A stretch of DNA of 63,682 nt, the filler included, from Octopus bimaculoides (Eukaryota): assembly GCF_001194135.2 (NCBI RefSeq). It is 6 parts of 6 records of this genome, joined end to end, with 100 filler letters (N's around TTAATTAATTAA, not from the genome) between each part and the next. Parts side by side here need not be neighbours in the genome. Positions count along the whole stretch, not along the records: positions 25,349 to 41,201 come from NC_068983.1; 5 more parts are not named here. One strand, given 5' to 3'. Position numbers and translations under genes: made by a program. This document shows, piece by piece, positions 25,808 to 38,878 of this stretch. The notes under the pieces were generated by a model. That model searched no databases and was not told the origin of the DNA. It saw only the letters and a program-made list of their open reading frames with translations. Positions within the stretch are counted from its first letter, which is position 1. Each line of letters opens with the position of its first letter.

Positions 25808-26143
25808 AGGAGGAGGCCTCCTTCGTTCATGAATGGCCATGGGATTGCCCCTAGAAAGTTCCCCTCTAAGGCACAAGTCCGGGCAAGGTCGTTTGTGGAA
25901 GGCCATCTGTCGCCCATGCACACCAGCCTCCCCTCTCCACGCCACCGATGTTATCCAAGGGAAAGGCAAAGGGGTCGATACAGCTTGGCACCTGTGACGT
26001 CACAACTCATTTCTACAGCTGAGTGAACTGGAGCAACGTGATGGTTGTGNNNNNNNNNNGCAAAGGGGTCGATACAGCTTGGCACCTGTGACGTCACAAC
26101 TCATTTCTACAGCTGAGTGAACTGGAGCAACGTGATGGTTGTG
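25805..26143 (-). mobile_element. SINE family C (CORE-like) body and tail, head missing
   Basis: Minus strand CACGTTGCTCCAGTTCACTCAGCTGTAGAAATGAGT matches the central domain of the copies at 30880-31175 and 34797-35040. Confidence 0.65.
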
Positions 26144-26149
26144 ATGGTT

Positions 26150-26500
26150 GTACCCATCATCGTCATCGTCATCATCATCATCGTCATCGTCATCATCATC
26201 ATCATCATCATCATCACCATCGTCATCATCATCACCACCACCACCCACATTATTATCACCGTCATCGTTGTAGTCATCATCGTCATCATCATCATCGTCA
26301 TCATCATCATCGTCATCATCACCTTCAATGACATCAGCAAGGACAAGTTCAAATACGACAACAATAGCAACACCATCAACAACAGCAGCAACAAACAGCA
26401 AAGCCCAATAAATAAATTAACAGTAACAACACCAACATCAACTGCAGCAGCAACAACAACAACAATAATGAGAAAACAACAACACAAACACAATGAAAGA
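26150..26500. repeat. (CAT)n/(CAA)n trinucleotide low-complexity tract
   Basis: Imperfect CAT/CGT/CAC then CAA/CAG runs; source of the poly-D, poly-I and poly-M ORFs. Confidence 0.95.
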
Positions 26501-26504
26501 TAAT

Positions 26505-26925
26505 CCTTTCTACTCTAGACACAAGGCCTGAAATTAGCGGGAAGGGAAAAGTCGATTACATCGACCCCAGTAAGCAGCTGGTACTTAATTTATCGACCCC
26601 GAAAGGATGAATGTTAAAGTCGACCTCGGCGGAATTTGAACTCAGAACGTAGCGGCAGACGGAACACCGCGAAGCGTTTCTCTAGCTCGCCGCCTTAACT
26701 ATTCTCTTCTACTCGAGGCAGAAGGCTCTGAATGTTTGGGGAGGGAGCCAGTCGATTAGATCAATCCCAGTACACAACTGGTACTTAATTTATCGACCCC
26801 CGACTGTATGAAAGGTGAAGTCGACCTCGGCAGAATTTGAACTCAGAACGTAAAGACAGACGAAATACCGCGAAGCACTTCGCTTGGCGTGCGTGCTAGC
26901 GATTGCGCCAGCTCCTCGCCGCCTT
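26505..26925 (-). mobile_element. SINE family A, two tandem copies
   Basis: GGTACTTAATTTATCGACCCCGAAAGGATG...GTCGACCTCGGCGGAATTTGAACTCAGAACGTA occurs twice. Confidence 0.9.
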
Positions 26926-27883
26926 ACACAATGAAAGATAATGAGAGACAGAAAGCGACAACAACAACAACAACAACATCAACACAAACAACAGCAACAA
27001 CATCGGCAACGGTTGCAGTGATTGCAGCGGCTGCAGCAGGAGAAGCAGCAATCATAACTCGACCCAAGATGCCACGCAACCCGAAATCAAACCGAAAGCT
27101 GAATTCAATCCTCTCACAAAAACCCATTGACAAATGAAGCAACCAAGTGTTGTAATTTGTCAGCGACGATCAAGATCTGTATGGACAAGTCGATATAGCT
27201 TTCCCCTGATGTCTGTCAAGAATGAGAACTCAGTCACTGAATGATGAGTGAGAAATGAAAAGATCGTGTGCAATTGAACCAATAGGTGGCACTAGCATCG
27301 ATTTGGAATTATATTTCTATTTGCCTTCTTTCTTTCATTTTTTTTTTGGTTTTGCATTTGATTTCCTGACGAGTGCGGGGATGGAGTCGTATATTTTTTT
27401 CTTTTTATTTTCTTTTTTTCTCCCCTTTTCAATGATTATTTTATTTTTTTTTATATTTTGATTGCTGGTTGAAGAGTGGATTGTGATAGATGTAGCTGGT
27501 TGTGGGTGGTTGTGGCTGGCCATGTTTATAGGAGTGTGTGCGTGTGTATGAGTGTGTGTGTGTGTGTGTTAGGGGGATGTGCATCGAAGATGTGATTATT
27601 TCGACCTGTGCTGACAGTTATGGCATGTCTATATTACGTCCTTATTCGCACTTACATACGTCCATACGTACATACATGTATGAATGCATGTATGCAAACA
27701 CACACACACGCACACACACACACACACACATATATACACACGCACATACACATACACATGCGTGTGTGTACGTATGTGTGCGTGTATCTATGTGTATCTG
27801 GTAGCCAAGTTTCTGCATTCAAAATTTCCGTGATGTGTGCGTTATACGTATACATGTGCGTGTGTGTATATATATATAGATGC

Positions 27884-27919
<36 letters not shown>

Positions 27920-28258
27920 NNNNNNNNNNNNNNNNNNNNNNNNNNNNNNNNNNNNNNNNNNNNNNNNNNNNNNNNNNNNNNNNNNNNNNNNNNNNNNNNN
28001 NNNNNNNNNNNNNNNNNNNNNNNNNNNNNNNNNNNNNNNNNNNNNNNNNNNNNNNNNNNNNNNNNNNNNNNNNNNNNNNNNNNNNNNNNNNNNNNNNNNN
28101 NNNNNNNNNNNNNNNNNNNNNNNNNNNNNNNNNNNNNNNNNNNNNNNNNNNNNNNNNNNNNNNNNNNNNNNNNNNNNNNNNNNNNNNNNNNNNNNNNNNN
28201 NNNNNNNNNATATATATATGTATACAAAAATATCGACGCACACACATATATATCTATG

Positions 28259-28298
<40 letters not shown>

Positions 28299-28809
28299 AT
28301 ATGTATGTATATATATATATATATGTATGTATATATATATACGCATATATATATTACATACACACACACATATATATATAGTAATATAGACTCACATACG
28401 CATACCTTCACACTCATACGTACATATGAATATGTATGTGTATGTGTGTGTATGTTTACATTCGTTGTATGCGTATGTGTGTCTGCATGTGTGTGCATTT
28501 ATAAACACACATGCATCGACACGCAGACATACGCATGCATATAAATATATGATAACGACAGCAATAATACCAACAACCACAACTACAACAACCAAACAAC
28601 AACAAAGTCAGTTCGGTCGATGGTCATAACGATAATGACGACGTTATGGAAAACGATTTTTATTAGCATTGATGGTTGTTGATGTCAACCAATAATAAGA
28701 TATTTTGAAAGATTTCAGCAGGGCGCCATCATCTGTTTGACAGCAAAGATAAACTACAAGATGACTATTAAAACGATGATTTGAGAGAATGTCGGATTGG
28801 TTCTTTTAT

Positions 28810-28965
28810 CGAGCTAAAGAGGGCGCCTTTACGTAGTCGCTCCAGTTTCTAGAAATAATAGCCAAATTCTCATAAATCAAGCTTGCCATTGTCTTGAAAA
28901 AGAAAAAGACATCTTATATAAAATAATCCTACTTTTCAAGTGGAGGTCAATGGAGCAACTCGTAC
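28810..28965 (+). repeat. Degenerate dispersed repeat (related copy on minus strand at about 35335-35505)
   Basis: Shared CTAGAAATAA.A.CCAAA...GTCTT.AAA block; class undetermined. Confidence 0.45.
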
Positions 28966-28984
28966 TTTCTAGATAACATGGCTT

Positions 28985-29200
28985 TACATACACGTGTTTC
29001 TGTTCAGCAGGCCAGAGCACAGCTCATCTGTGTTGGCGCAACCCGTGTATTTCTGAGCATGTCCACATATGTTATCCTCCGGGTGACACATTTAGCATTA
29101 TTATGCATAAGTTTCCATGGGACAAGTCTAGAAGCAATGCAGTCAGAATGGTGCACCTTGTGACTAGTGAGCTTCAGTTTCCTTCTGTGGTCACCATACC
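28985..29200 (-). mobile_element. RTE-clade LINE 3' ORF fragment
   Basis: Minus translation RRKLKLTSHKVHHSDCIASRLVPWKLMH...RRITYVDMLR / NTDELCSGLLNR resembles the RTE C-terminus (RLKLAGHC.RH..ASRLVLW.P.HG..RGR..TYVD.L....NTDEL). Confidence 0.6.
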
Positions 29201-29456
29201 GTATACGATGTATTATCCTAATTTAGCCGATAACATTGGTGACTGTAATTGTTCTAAGCTTAATTTAAATCTTAATAATAATTATGAGAAAACTAGTACT
29301 ATTAAAACCTTACATCTGATTACAAGGAGGAGCTGAAAATTATATAAATATAATTCAAATTTACAGAAACAAAAGATGAAGTGAAGGAACAACAAGCAGG
29401 TGTATTAATTTAACGCTCAGGAAGAATGAAAAAGTCTTTCACATTTCGACCCTACG

Positions 29457-29487
<31 letters not shown>

Positions 29488-29660
29488 GTATATGTGTATA
29501 TGTTTATGCATATGCAAATATATATGTATACATACATACATACATACATACATACATAATGTTTATATATATAAATATGTATATATCTATATATATAGAC
29601 AAACATGCATATACGCAGAGCTACATGTGCGTTGTATACATATATACATATATGTAAACA

Positions 29661-29701
<41 letters not shown>

Positions 29702-29720
29702 CTCTATCTATGTCTGTCTA

Positions 29721-29809
<89 letters not shown>

Positions 29810-30371
29810 ATATATCCAGTTGCAGGATTCATTAGAGTTCAGGTATTTCAACGTGTATGACGCTGTCTCTGTGTACGTTCATGTACACACGTACACACAC
29901 ACAAATATGATGAAGAAGAAGGGGGAACACTGGTACCAACAACAAAACCAACAACAACAACAAAAAATATAATACTAACTATTTCACCAATAAGATTCCA
30001 TTACAATACATGAGACATGTAATTCACTAATTGCAGACGATCACCAGGACAAACTCATTGTTGGATGTTTGATTTCGAAGATGATTTAGATTCTACTGTG
30101 CAATTACAGAGGTCAAGTGACTAGATTCTTCTTTCTTTATTTATTTGTATCGACAATGATCAAGGGTAATAAATTTTGTCACAGAATACTTTGGGTAAAC
30201 TTGTGGTTTTCATAAAAAATCCCAACAAAACTTACTAAAGAAAATGCCGTAAAGAAGATAAAAAAAAAGCGTAGCGTGTATTAGATGTAATGTCTATACC
30301 GTCTGCTGATTTATGTCGGATACAGTTCATTGAATCTAATAGAAGCATCTTTAATAATCCTATGTCTAGAC

Positions 30372-31175
30372 AGTGAAGGCGCGTGGCTGGTGTTAGGACA
30401 TTCGGCTCAAGATCGTAAAGTGTTGAGTTCGACTCCCTGTAGCTCGGTTTTGGGATTCAATTTCATTGCATGTCACTCAGAGCACGTGCAGACAACTATA
30501 CCCAGAACCAACCCAAGTTTTATATTGATCTCAATGTGTGTATTGATCACTTGCAGTATTGATCACAGTGAATGTGTGTGGCTTAGTGTTTAGGGTATTC
30601 AGCTCGCAGTCATAAGGTCGTGAGTTCGATTTCCAGCGGCTTGTGTCCTTGTGTAAGACATTTCCCGCTCCTCCAGCCTGTACTTCAAAGGGCCGACCTT
30701 GTCACATTCTGTGTCACGCTGAATCTCCCTGACAACTACGTTAAAGGTACGCGTGTGTGTGGAGGGCTCAGCCATTTGCACGCTAAATTCATGACCAAGC
30801 TGTTCCATTGATCGGATCAACTGCTACCTACATCGTCGCAACCGACGGAGAGACAGTTTTTATGTGAAGATGTGTGACCAAGAGGTTAGAGTATTCGGCT
30901 CACGATCATAAGGTCGTGAGTTCGATTTCCAGGACTTGTTGTGTCCTTGTGTAAGACATTTCACGCTTCTCCAGTTCACTCAGCTGGAATCGTAACTGCA
31001 TTTCAAAGGGTCAGCCTTGTCACACTCTGTGTCACGCTGAATCTCCCTGAGAACTACATTAAGGATACGCGTGTCTGTGGAATACTCAGCCACTTGCACG
31101 TTAATTTCACGAGGAGGCTATTCCGTTGATCGGATCAACTGGAACCCTCGTGTTCGTAACCGCCGGAGTACCAGA
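30372..31175 (+). mobile_element. SINE family C cluster: isolated head (30372-30445) plus two tandem copies (30575-30850, 30880-31175)
   Basis: Pol III A-box TGGCTTAGTG and B-box GAGTTCGATTTCC, then TGTGTCCTTGTGTAAGACATTT and a shared tail CCTTGTCACA.TCTGTGTCACGCTGAATCTCCCTGA...TTGATCGGATCAACTG. Confidence 0.85.
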
Positions 31176-31269
31176 TAATGTCTAGACATCATTCGTTTTG
31201 GAATAAATTTAAAAAGATCAACAAAGAAAAAACAAAAACATTTTTTATTCCCGTTTAAACAAATGCAAT

Positions 31270-31640
31270 AAGCTGGCGGAATCATTAGCACGTCGGACAA
31301 AATGCAGAGCAGTATCTCTTCTGGCTCGGCTCTTTACAATCGGTGTTCAAATACTGTCGAAGTCAACTTCGCATTTTATAATTTCGCAATTGATAAAAAT
31401 AAAGTACCAGCTAAGTACTGGGTACGATTTAATCATCAAGTACCCGGCTCCAAGGCAGCGAGCGGGAAGATCATTAGCGCGTCGGATAAAATGCTTAGTG
31501 AATTTCTCCCTGTTCTTTACGCTCTGGATTCAAATCTCGCCGAGGTTAGTTTTGCCTTTCATCCCATGGGGGTCGATAAACTACGGCACCAGTACTTGTA
31601 ATAAGCACGTTAGCTCCCCTCAAAATTGCTGGCTTTGAAC
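31270..31640 (+). mobile_element. SINE family A, degenerate tandem copies
   Basis: AAGCTGGCGGAATCATTAGCACG...; GATTCAAATCTCGCCGAGGTTAGTTTTGCCTTTCATCCC...GGTCGATAAA. Confidence 0.75.
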
Positions 31641-31842
31641 TCTGCAACGTTGCGTTCAGAGGGAAAGCTATGATCTCGGCCACTGACACCCCATGAAAAG
31701 TATATAAAGGGTTTGCCAAAAGTCACCTGACAGTAAATCAAAACCCATTTAATTCCAAGTTTAAAACAAAAAACTTGAAGTGTTGTGATAAAAAAGTAAA
31801 ATAACACAATAATGAAAAAGGAGAGCTTCTTACAATGCGAAA

Positions 31843-32095
31843 TGGGAAAATTTTAATAGCCTTTATATTTCAAGCACAAAGGTCCATCATCAGAAATTAA
31901 CGGAGTAAAAGAATGTGAGTGTACACAGAACTGGCCATGCTGATCATTGTACCTCCACCACACGGACTACGAGCTCACTGTCCATACAGAAATCACCACG
32001 GCCGGTACTGTATAGATGCACATTTCTTTATTCTGTTCATTTCTGATTGGTGGACCTTTATATTTCAAATATAAAGGTTAATAAAAACTTTTTTC
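31843..32095. mobile_element. About 250-bp element with about 55-bp imperfect terminal inverted repeats
   Basis: CCTTTATATTTCAAGCACAAAGGTCCATCATCAGAAAT (31860-97) is inverted against ATTTCTGATTGGTGGACCTTTATATTTCAAATATAAAGG (32039-78). A related copy lies at about 42790-42860. Confidence 0.55.
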
Positions 32096-33261
32096 TCTTT
32101 TAGCATTGTAAGATCTCCGTTCTTTATTGTTTTATCGCTCATGGTGGATCTGTACAACAGGCACTAACTGAAGCTAAGGCCTGTTGATTATTTCGATCCT
32201 ATTCTCTAAGCTGCTATTGGTACTGGGATTTCATTTTAGGATTAACTCGTAACAGAAACCAATAAAATTTATCCAAATCACAAAGATAAAAAAAATAGGA
32301 TCTACCCGTGAAAGAATTAAATTTTGTGACTAGTAGTTCAACAAGTAAAGATCGATAAAGTAAATACCAGACTGGAATATGTACTGAAGTCGATATGGTC
32401 AATTAAAAAACCCACTTACTGTCAGTACACCAGTATGGCCACAAACCAATCACTGAAGCTTGTACAAAAACAAAATAAAATGGCCATATTGCGGAGTATT
32501 GAAAAGTGTGTTTATATGTGGGTATGAGAGTGTGTGTGAGTATGTGTATGTGAGATTGAGTGCGACGTGTATGTGTGTTCATGTGTGAACGCACGCTTCT
32601 GTCTCTGTGTTTTATGTATGTATATGAATGTGTGTGTGTGTGTGTGTGTGTGTGTATGAGGGCGTGTTGCGTCTGTTTTGCTGAAATTAGCAATTGATAA
32701 TTTTCTAATCTTGTTTGGTTTTAACTAAGAAGTTTAAATACGCAGTCACAATAAAAACACACATTTTACACACACACACGCACGCGCGCACACATTAATG
32801 CAGCATACATAATACCTATATACACTCTTGCATAAACATACAGTAGATGCAAACAGACAAGATCGTTTATTTCTTCAAGTGTATTGGCACGCGCGTGCAC
32901 ACACACACGCGCACGCACAGACACAAGCATGTGAATGTGAGTGTGTGTATATTCATATATATTTATACATATTTCCATGTGTGTATATATATATATATAT
33001 GTATACATATATATATATGTATATGTATATATGCATTTATATGCATATATATTTGTATATCTATGTATATATATATATATATGTATATATGTATATTTGT
33101 ATATATGTATATGTATATATATGTATGTATATACACACACACACACATATATGCATACATACACATTTATGTCCACACGTGCACACTTTCATATATGGAC
33201 ATTCATGCTTATAGACAAATACATACAAATAGAAATACATACATATATAATATAATATAAT

Positions 33262-33320
<59 letters not shown>

Positions 33321-33543
33321 TATATATATATGTAAATACTCACACACATACACACACATATATACAGAGTTATATTTGTACATATGTGTGAATATGTGTG
33401 CATATATATATGTGAATTATACACACACATATATATGTAAAGATTTATATATATACACACACACATATATGTATATAATCATATATGGTAATACAAATAT
33501 ATAACTATGCACGTACACACACACACACTCACACACACACTCA

Positions 33544-33580
<37 letters not shown>

Positions 33581-34521
33581 NNNNNNNNNNNNNNNNNNNN
33601 NNNNNNNNNNNNNNNNNNNNNNNNNNNNNNNNNNNNNNNNNNNNNNNNNNNNNNNNNNNNNNNNNNNNNNNNNNNNNNNNNNNNNNNNNNNNNNNNNNNN
33701 NNNNNNNNNNNNNNNNNNNNNNNNNNNNNNNNNNNNNNNNNNNNNNNNNNNNNNNNNNNNNNNNNNNNNNNNNNNNNNNNNNNNNNNNNNNNNNNNNNNN
33801 NNNNNNNNNNNNNNNNNNNNNNNNNNNNNNNNNNNNNNNNNNNNNNNNNNNNNNNNNNNNNNNNNNNNNNNNNNNNNNNNNNNNNNNNNNNNNNNNNNNN
33901 NNNNNNNNNNNNNNNNNNNNNNNNNNNNNNNNNNNNNNNNNNNNNNNNNNNNNNNNNNNNNNNNNNNNNNNNNNNNNNNNNNNNNNNNNNNNNNNNNNNN
34001 NNNNNNNNNNNNNNNNNNNNNNNNNNNNNNNNNNNNCGATCTCTCCTCCTCTCTCTCATTCTCTCTCCTTATCTCTTTTGCTTCCTTCTTCATCTTTATT
34101 TCTTTTATTCTATCTTCCTATTTGTTTGTTTGGATTATATGCTACTCTGACTGTACATTTATCTACGTTGTAATACTCGCCAAAGTCCATCTGTATAGGA
34201 CACGTGGTGTTGGTGGTATTGTTGCAGTTGATGTTGTTTTTGTTGGTGTTGCTGTTATTAATGTTGTTGTTGGTGGTGGTGGTTGTGGTTGTTGCTGTTG
34301 TTGTTGTTGGTGGTGGTGGTGGTCTTGGTGATAATATGTGTGTGTGTATGTGTGTATGTGTATGTGTGTGCGTGTGTATTCGGTCGAGGCGTTGGCTCTG
34401 TTTGGCGTTGTAGTTTTGTGATGGGTGTATAGGTATAGCCGTGGTGTCAGAGGTTGTAGTTGTGACGGTGATGTTGGTGCTATGTGTGTGTTTATGTACG
34501 TCTGTGTTTATGTATGTGTCA

Positions 34522-34588
<67 letters not shown>

Positions 34589-34796
34589 TACGGGGGTGGC
34601 CTGGAACGATGGACATGGAATGTGAAGTGACGGTCACTCATGCACTAAATGAAAATGACCTCTTGCGCCCTATCACTTGCTGAGCCTTCTTCTTCGTGTC
34701 GGACAAGTGAAGACACCTGATAGGGATCAACATCATCTGGTTGTAGTAACAGTAATCATTGTGGTTGTTGTAATTACGAGGGAGTGGAGGGGATTA

Positions 34797-35295
34797 GTGA
34801 AGGCGCGTGGCATTGTGGGTAGAGTGCTGCATTGACAGCCGCAATATCGCGGTTTCGATTTCCGGACCGAGCAATGCGTTGATTTCTTGAGCAAAGCACT
34901 TCAGTTCACATTTTCTCTTGTCCACTCGGCTGTAAATGAATGAGTAACCATGTGACGGACTTGACTGGGGAGGGTGTTGTGATCTCGGTCTCTTTTATGC
35001 TGTGGAAACCGCGTAACCAGCCCTATGAGTTCTAGGTCTTGAGACAGCAATGCCCAGGGAGTGATGATTGTGATGAAGCTGGGTGATGGCGTTGATGATG
35101 GCAGTGTTGTTATTATTACTATTGTTGTTTAGCCCTAGGCAAGTTCTGATTGAGTTGAGGCTCGTGGCTTAGTGGTTAGGGTGTTCGACTTATGATCTTA
35201 AGATTGTGGTTTCGTTAAGATAGGGAGCATAAAGAAACCGGGAAACCAGCCATGGAAATCGGGAAACTGGCCTCTATGAATCAGCCTGACTCTAG
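34797..35295 (+). mobile_element. SINE family C, one copy (34797-35040) and an internally deleted copy (35157-35295)
   Basis: tRNA-like head AGGCGCGTGGC...GGTTTCGATTTCC, then CORE-like CTTGAGCAAAGCACTT...GTCCACTCGGCTGTAAATG. Confidence 0.75.
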
Positions 35296-35910
35296 AAACT
35301 AACTTCAATCTTTACCTAAGTACTGATTGAGTAGATTAATGATCAAAAGCGTTCTAAAAGTGACCATCTCGTTTTAGTTTTTATATCTGCAGGAAACACT
35401 GGACCGCATTACCAAACGTGTTCGTTTCTAAGACGTTTGGGTATAATTTTAAGGAGCTTTGGTTGTTATTTCTAGCTGGTCAGGTGACCAAATACAGGCT
35501 CCATCGTTTGTTCTGGTAATGGTTGTGGTGGTGTAAGTGCAATAGTGTTGTTGCTTAACTTATCTCCACCCCGGTCAATCATTTAATTTCATTTTTTTAA
35601 ATATGTATTTTTGATAAGGTTCGTTTTTACAAGAACCGAAACATGTTAAAAATATATTTTAAATTAAAATTCATTTTTTATATATTGGCGTTTTCAAACT
35701 TCTTTTTTTAATGAATATATATATATTTCTGTATATATACACATACACAGTTAGAGATATAATATAGCTGTGTAGTTAAGACGTTTGCTCTGCAACCACG
35801 AGGTTTCTGGCTCAGTTCCACTACGCGGGACCTGGAGCAAGTTAAAAAGATTGCCCTACACTATGGACGCATTGCAATGGTTGAAACAAATAAAACAAAC
35901 GCCTCCCCAC

Positions 35911-35999
<89 letters not shown>

Positions 36000-36516
36000 T
36001 GCTATTAGCTTAACAAAAGGACTCCTTCCCTTTTCACTGAATCGTGACGGAAGACATTTTCCTTCCCAGTTTGCGTACGTTGTTTGCTCTCTTAATTACA
36101 AATTCTTTCTTTTCTCCTTCTTATTATTATTCGCCAATCAAACACTGTTGCTTGTTCCATGGCTTATCTGCGACTCAAGTGCGACAAGTTAATCGCCTTA
36201 ATGCCGTTCACTTAACACTGATGCTTATTAATCCATTTTACGCACAATATCCGAAAACGAGAGCAGCTTAACTCGCTGTGAGTTAGGTCTGTTACTCAAC
36301 AAAAGACAGATTTAATTCCTGCATTGAAGTACTTAACAAACTCCAACTGTATATTGTATTATAGTGTTATATTTTAGTTTTACCTTCGTCCGATGATTGA
36401 ATTCCATAGAAATCGTTCTGGCTGGAAGACTAAGTAGTAGTAGTAGTAGTAGTAGTAGTAGCTGTGGTGATCGGATGGAGAAGGAAGTGTTATTCGTGCA
36501 ATTTAGGAGAAATCCT

Positions 36517-36720
36517 TTCTACTATTGGCACAAGGCCTGAAATTTGGAGGAAGGGGACCAGTCAATTACATCGACTTCAGTGCGACCCAGTACTTAATTT
36601 ATCGACCCCGAAAGGATGAAAGGCAAAGTCGGCTCCGGCGGCATTTGAACTCAGAACACGAGGACAGACGAAATACCGCTAAGTATTTCGCCCGGCGTGC
36701 TAACCATTCTCCCAGCTCTC
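36517..36720 (-). mobile_element. SINE family A copy
   Basis: Full match to the family A consensus seen elsewhere in the window. Confidence 0.9.
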
Positions 36721-36794
36721 CACTTTCTTTGCATGTTAGTGGAAACGGCAACGTGTATATAGCTTAAAATGTTATAAACTTTTAAAGACTAGGT

Positions 36795-36955
36795 GCATGT
36801 GGGGCTGTGTGATTAAGAAGTTCACTTTGCAGCCACGTGCTTTCGGGTTTCCTGTTTAGTCTCACTGTGCTTCGACAAGTGTCTTCTGCTATAGTCCAGG
36901 GCCGGTCCAAGCATTGAGAGTGTATTTGGTAGACAAAAACCTGTAAAAATCTGTC
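36795..36955 (+). mobile_element. SINE family B, degenerate 5' half
   Basis: GGCTGTGTGATTAAGAAG...CAAGTGTCTTCTGCTATAG...TTTGGTAGAC. Confidence 0.7.
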
Positions 36956-38070
36956 ATCCCTCCATTCATCAGTCCGTCCATCCATCCATCCATCCATCCA
37001 TCCATCCATCCATCCATACATACATACATACATACATACATGCACGTACATTTTCGAACTAGAAGCAGCGCTAAACTAAAAACTTTATCAGTATAACATA
37101 CTTAACGTTTGAGTGTAGTTGAAAAGTCAGAGACTGAGATTTTCGTCTGGGAAAAATCCCTTTCTAGACGTATTGTGTTAAAATCACACTATACGTCAGA
37201 GTTAAGCGAAACGAAACCACCCCAGAAGTCACTGTGAGCGACAGATACGTATTTCCCCGTTGTTGCTACTTCTCAATGTTATGTACTCGTGTCACTTCCG
37301 AAACGAAATCAAATAAGCCAGTCTGAAGTATATAAAGATAGTATAGAAACTATATACTGATCTGAAAATGTACCACATAAACAGAATAAAATTCTAATTA
37401 TGCGATAAAAACAGTTTTAATGTAAAAATTTTATCAACATACGTAACGTGTGTGCAGTTGAAAAACCAGTGTGTGTATGTGTTTGTGTGTGTCTGACTGG
37501 TTGGCTGTCTGGCTGGCTGTCTCTCTGTCTGTCTGTCTGTGTAAACCTTATTCACAACTATGAGTCCAATGAGATCCATATTCTGTTCTACTCATCAGGA
37601 ACGGTCAAAGCTTCCCTACCGTTCCCTCAAGTGAAGCAGAAGATCCATTTTGCTTCGTTCATATTTATAGATAAGACTTACTGACATGTTTTATAGCTGA
37701 AGCTTGGTCAAGATCTGAAGATATTCTCTGAAATCGTATCATTATCACCGTATGGCATTCATCAAAGCGTGGCTACAGCATCATCACTTGTCGTCTCCAA
37801 TCTCTGTTTTCGGAAAAATTGTGAAGGTCGTGGACATGGCGACCTCTTCTAGAGCAAACCATTAAAAATAAAATATAACGTTTGCAGTTCAGACTTGGTT
37901 ATCTTGAGTTCGCTTCGCTTGATTTTGTCTTGAGGCAGAACAAGAGAGAGCGAGAGTATGTGTATCTGTGGAAATCCCCTCCAGTATGATTAACTTCCCG
38001 CGTCAGACAACTAACGAGAATTCGAACTGGGTGGTCATCCCAATAAACTCAATGAGTTATCCTTATAGGT

Positions 38071-38878
38071 TTTATCTTTTGTCTTTTATTTGCTTCAATC
38101 ATTGGACTGCGGCCAGGCTGGGGCACGAACTTCGAAACGTTTGTGTCGGACAGATCGACACCAGGACATTTTGTTTTAGTCTGGTACTTATTAAACCGGT
38201 TTCTTTTGTTGAAACTGCTAAGTTATAGGCACGTAGACCAATCATCATTGGTTGCCAAGTGGTGGGGGGGACAAACACTGACACAAAGATTCACAAAGCC
38301 ACATACAAACACACACACACATATATACTTGCAAATGAAGACACTTTCACATATACAAACATGCTTGTACGCTCGAACGTATACATACATACATACATAC
38401 ATACATACATTTCCTCACCATATATATATATATATATANNNNNNNNNNNNNNNNNNNNNNNNNNNNNNNNNNNNNNNNNNNNNNNNNNNNNNNNNNNNNN
38501 NNNNNNNNNNNNNNNNNNNNNNNNNNNNNNNNNNNNNNNNNNNNNNNNNNNNNNNNNNNNNNNNNNNNNNNNNNNNNNNNNNNNNNNNNNNNNNNNNNNN
38601 NNNNNNNNNNNNNNNNNNNNNNNNNNNNNNNNNNNNNNNNNNNNNNNNNNNNNNNNNNNNNNNNNNNNNNNNNNNNNNNNNNNNNNNNNNNNATATATAA
38701 ACATATAATTCATATTTATATATGAATATTATATTCACTAGACGCTTCTTTCCGTTTCCGTTTACCAAACCCGCTCACAAAGCTCTGGTCGACCCGAGGC
38801 TATAGTAGATGACACTTGCCCAAGGTGTCACGCAGTAGGACTGAACCCGGAACTATGTGGTTGAAAAGCAAGCTTCAC
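38071..38878 (-). mobile_element. SINE family B copy split by an assembly gap in its internal microsatellite
   Basis: 3' half at 38071-38300 and 5' half at 38735-38878. Confidence 0.8.

Noticed and set aside
25966-26143. Exact 84-bp direct duplication (25966-26049 and 26060-26143)
   Set aside because: It flanks a 10-N gap and is identical, so it is an unmerged contig overlap. A similar pattern occurs at the 10-N gaps near 19061 and 49355.
26000-26503. Poly-D/I/M ORFs of about 130 aa
   Set aside because: A (CAT)n tract that is open in several frames by construction.
30575-30660. tRNA-like sequences (also the heads of SINE families A and B)
   Set aside because: They have A/B boxes but no complete cloverleaf and continue into SINE bodies.
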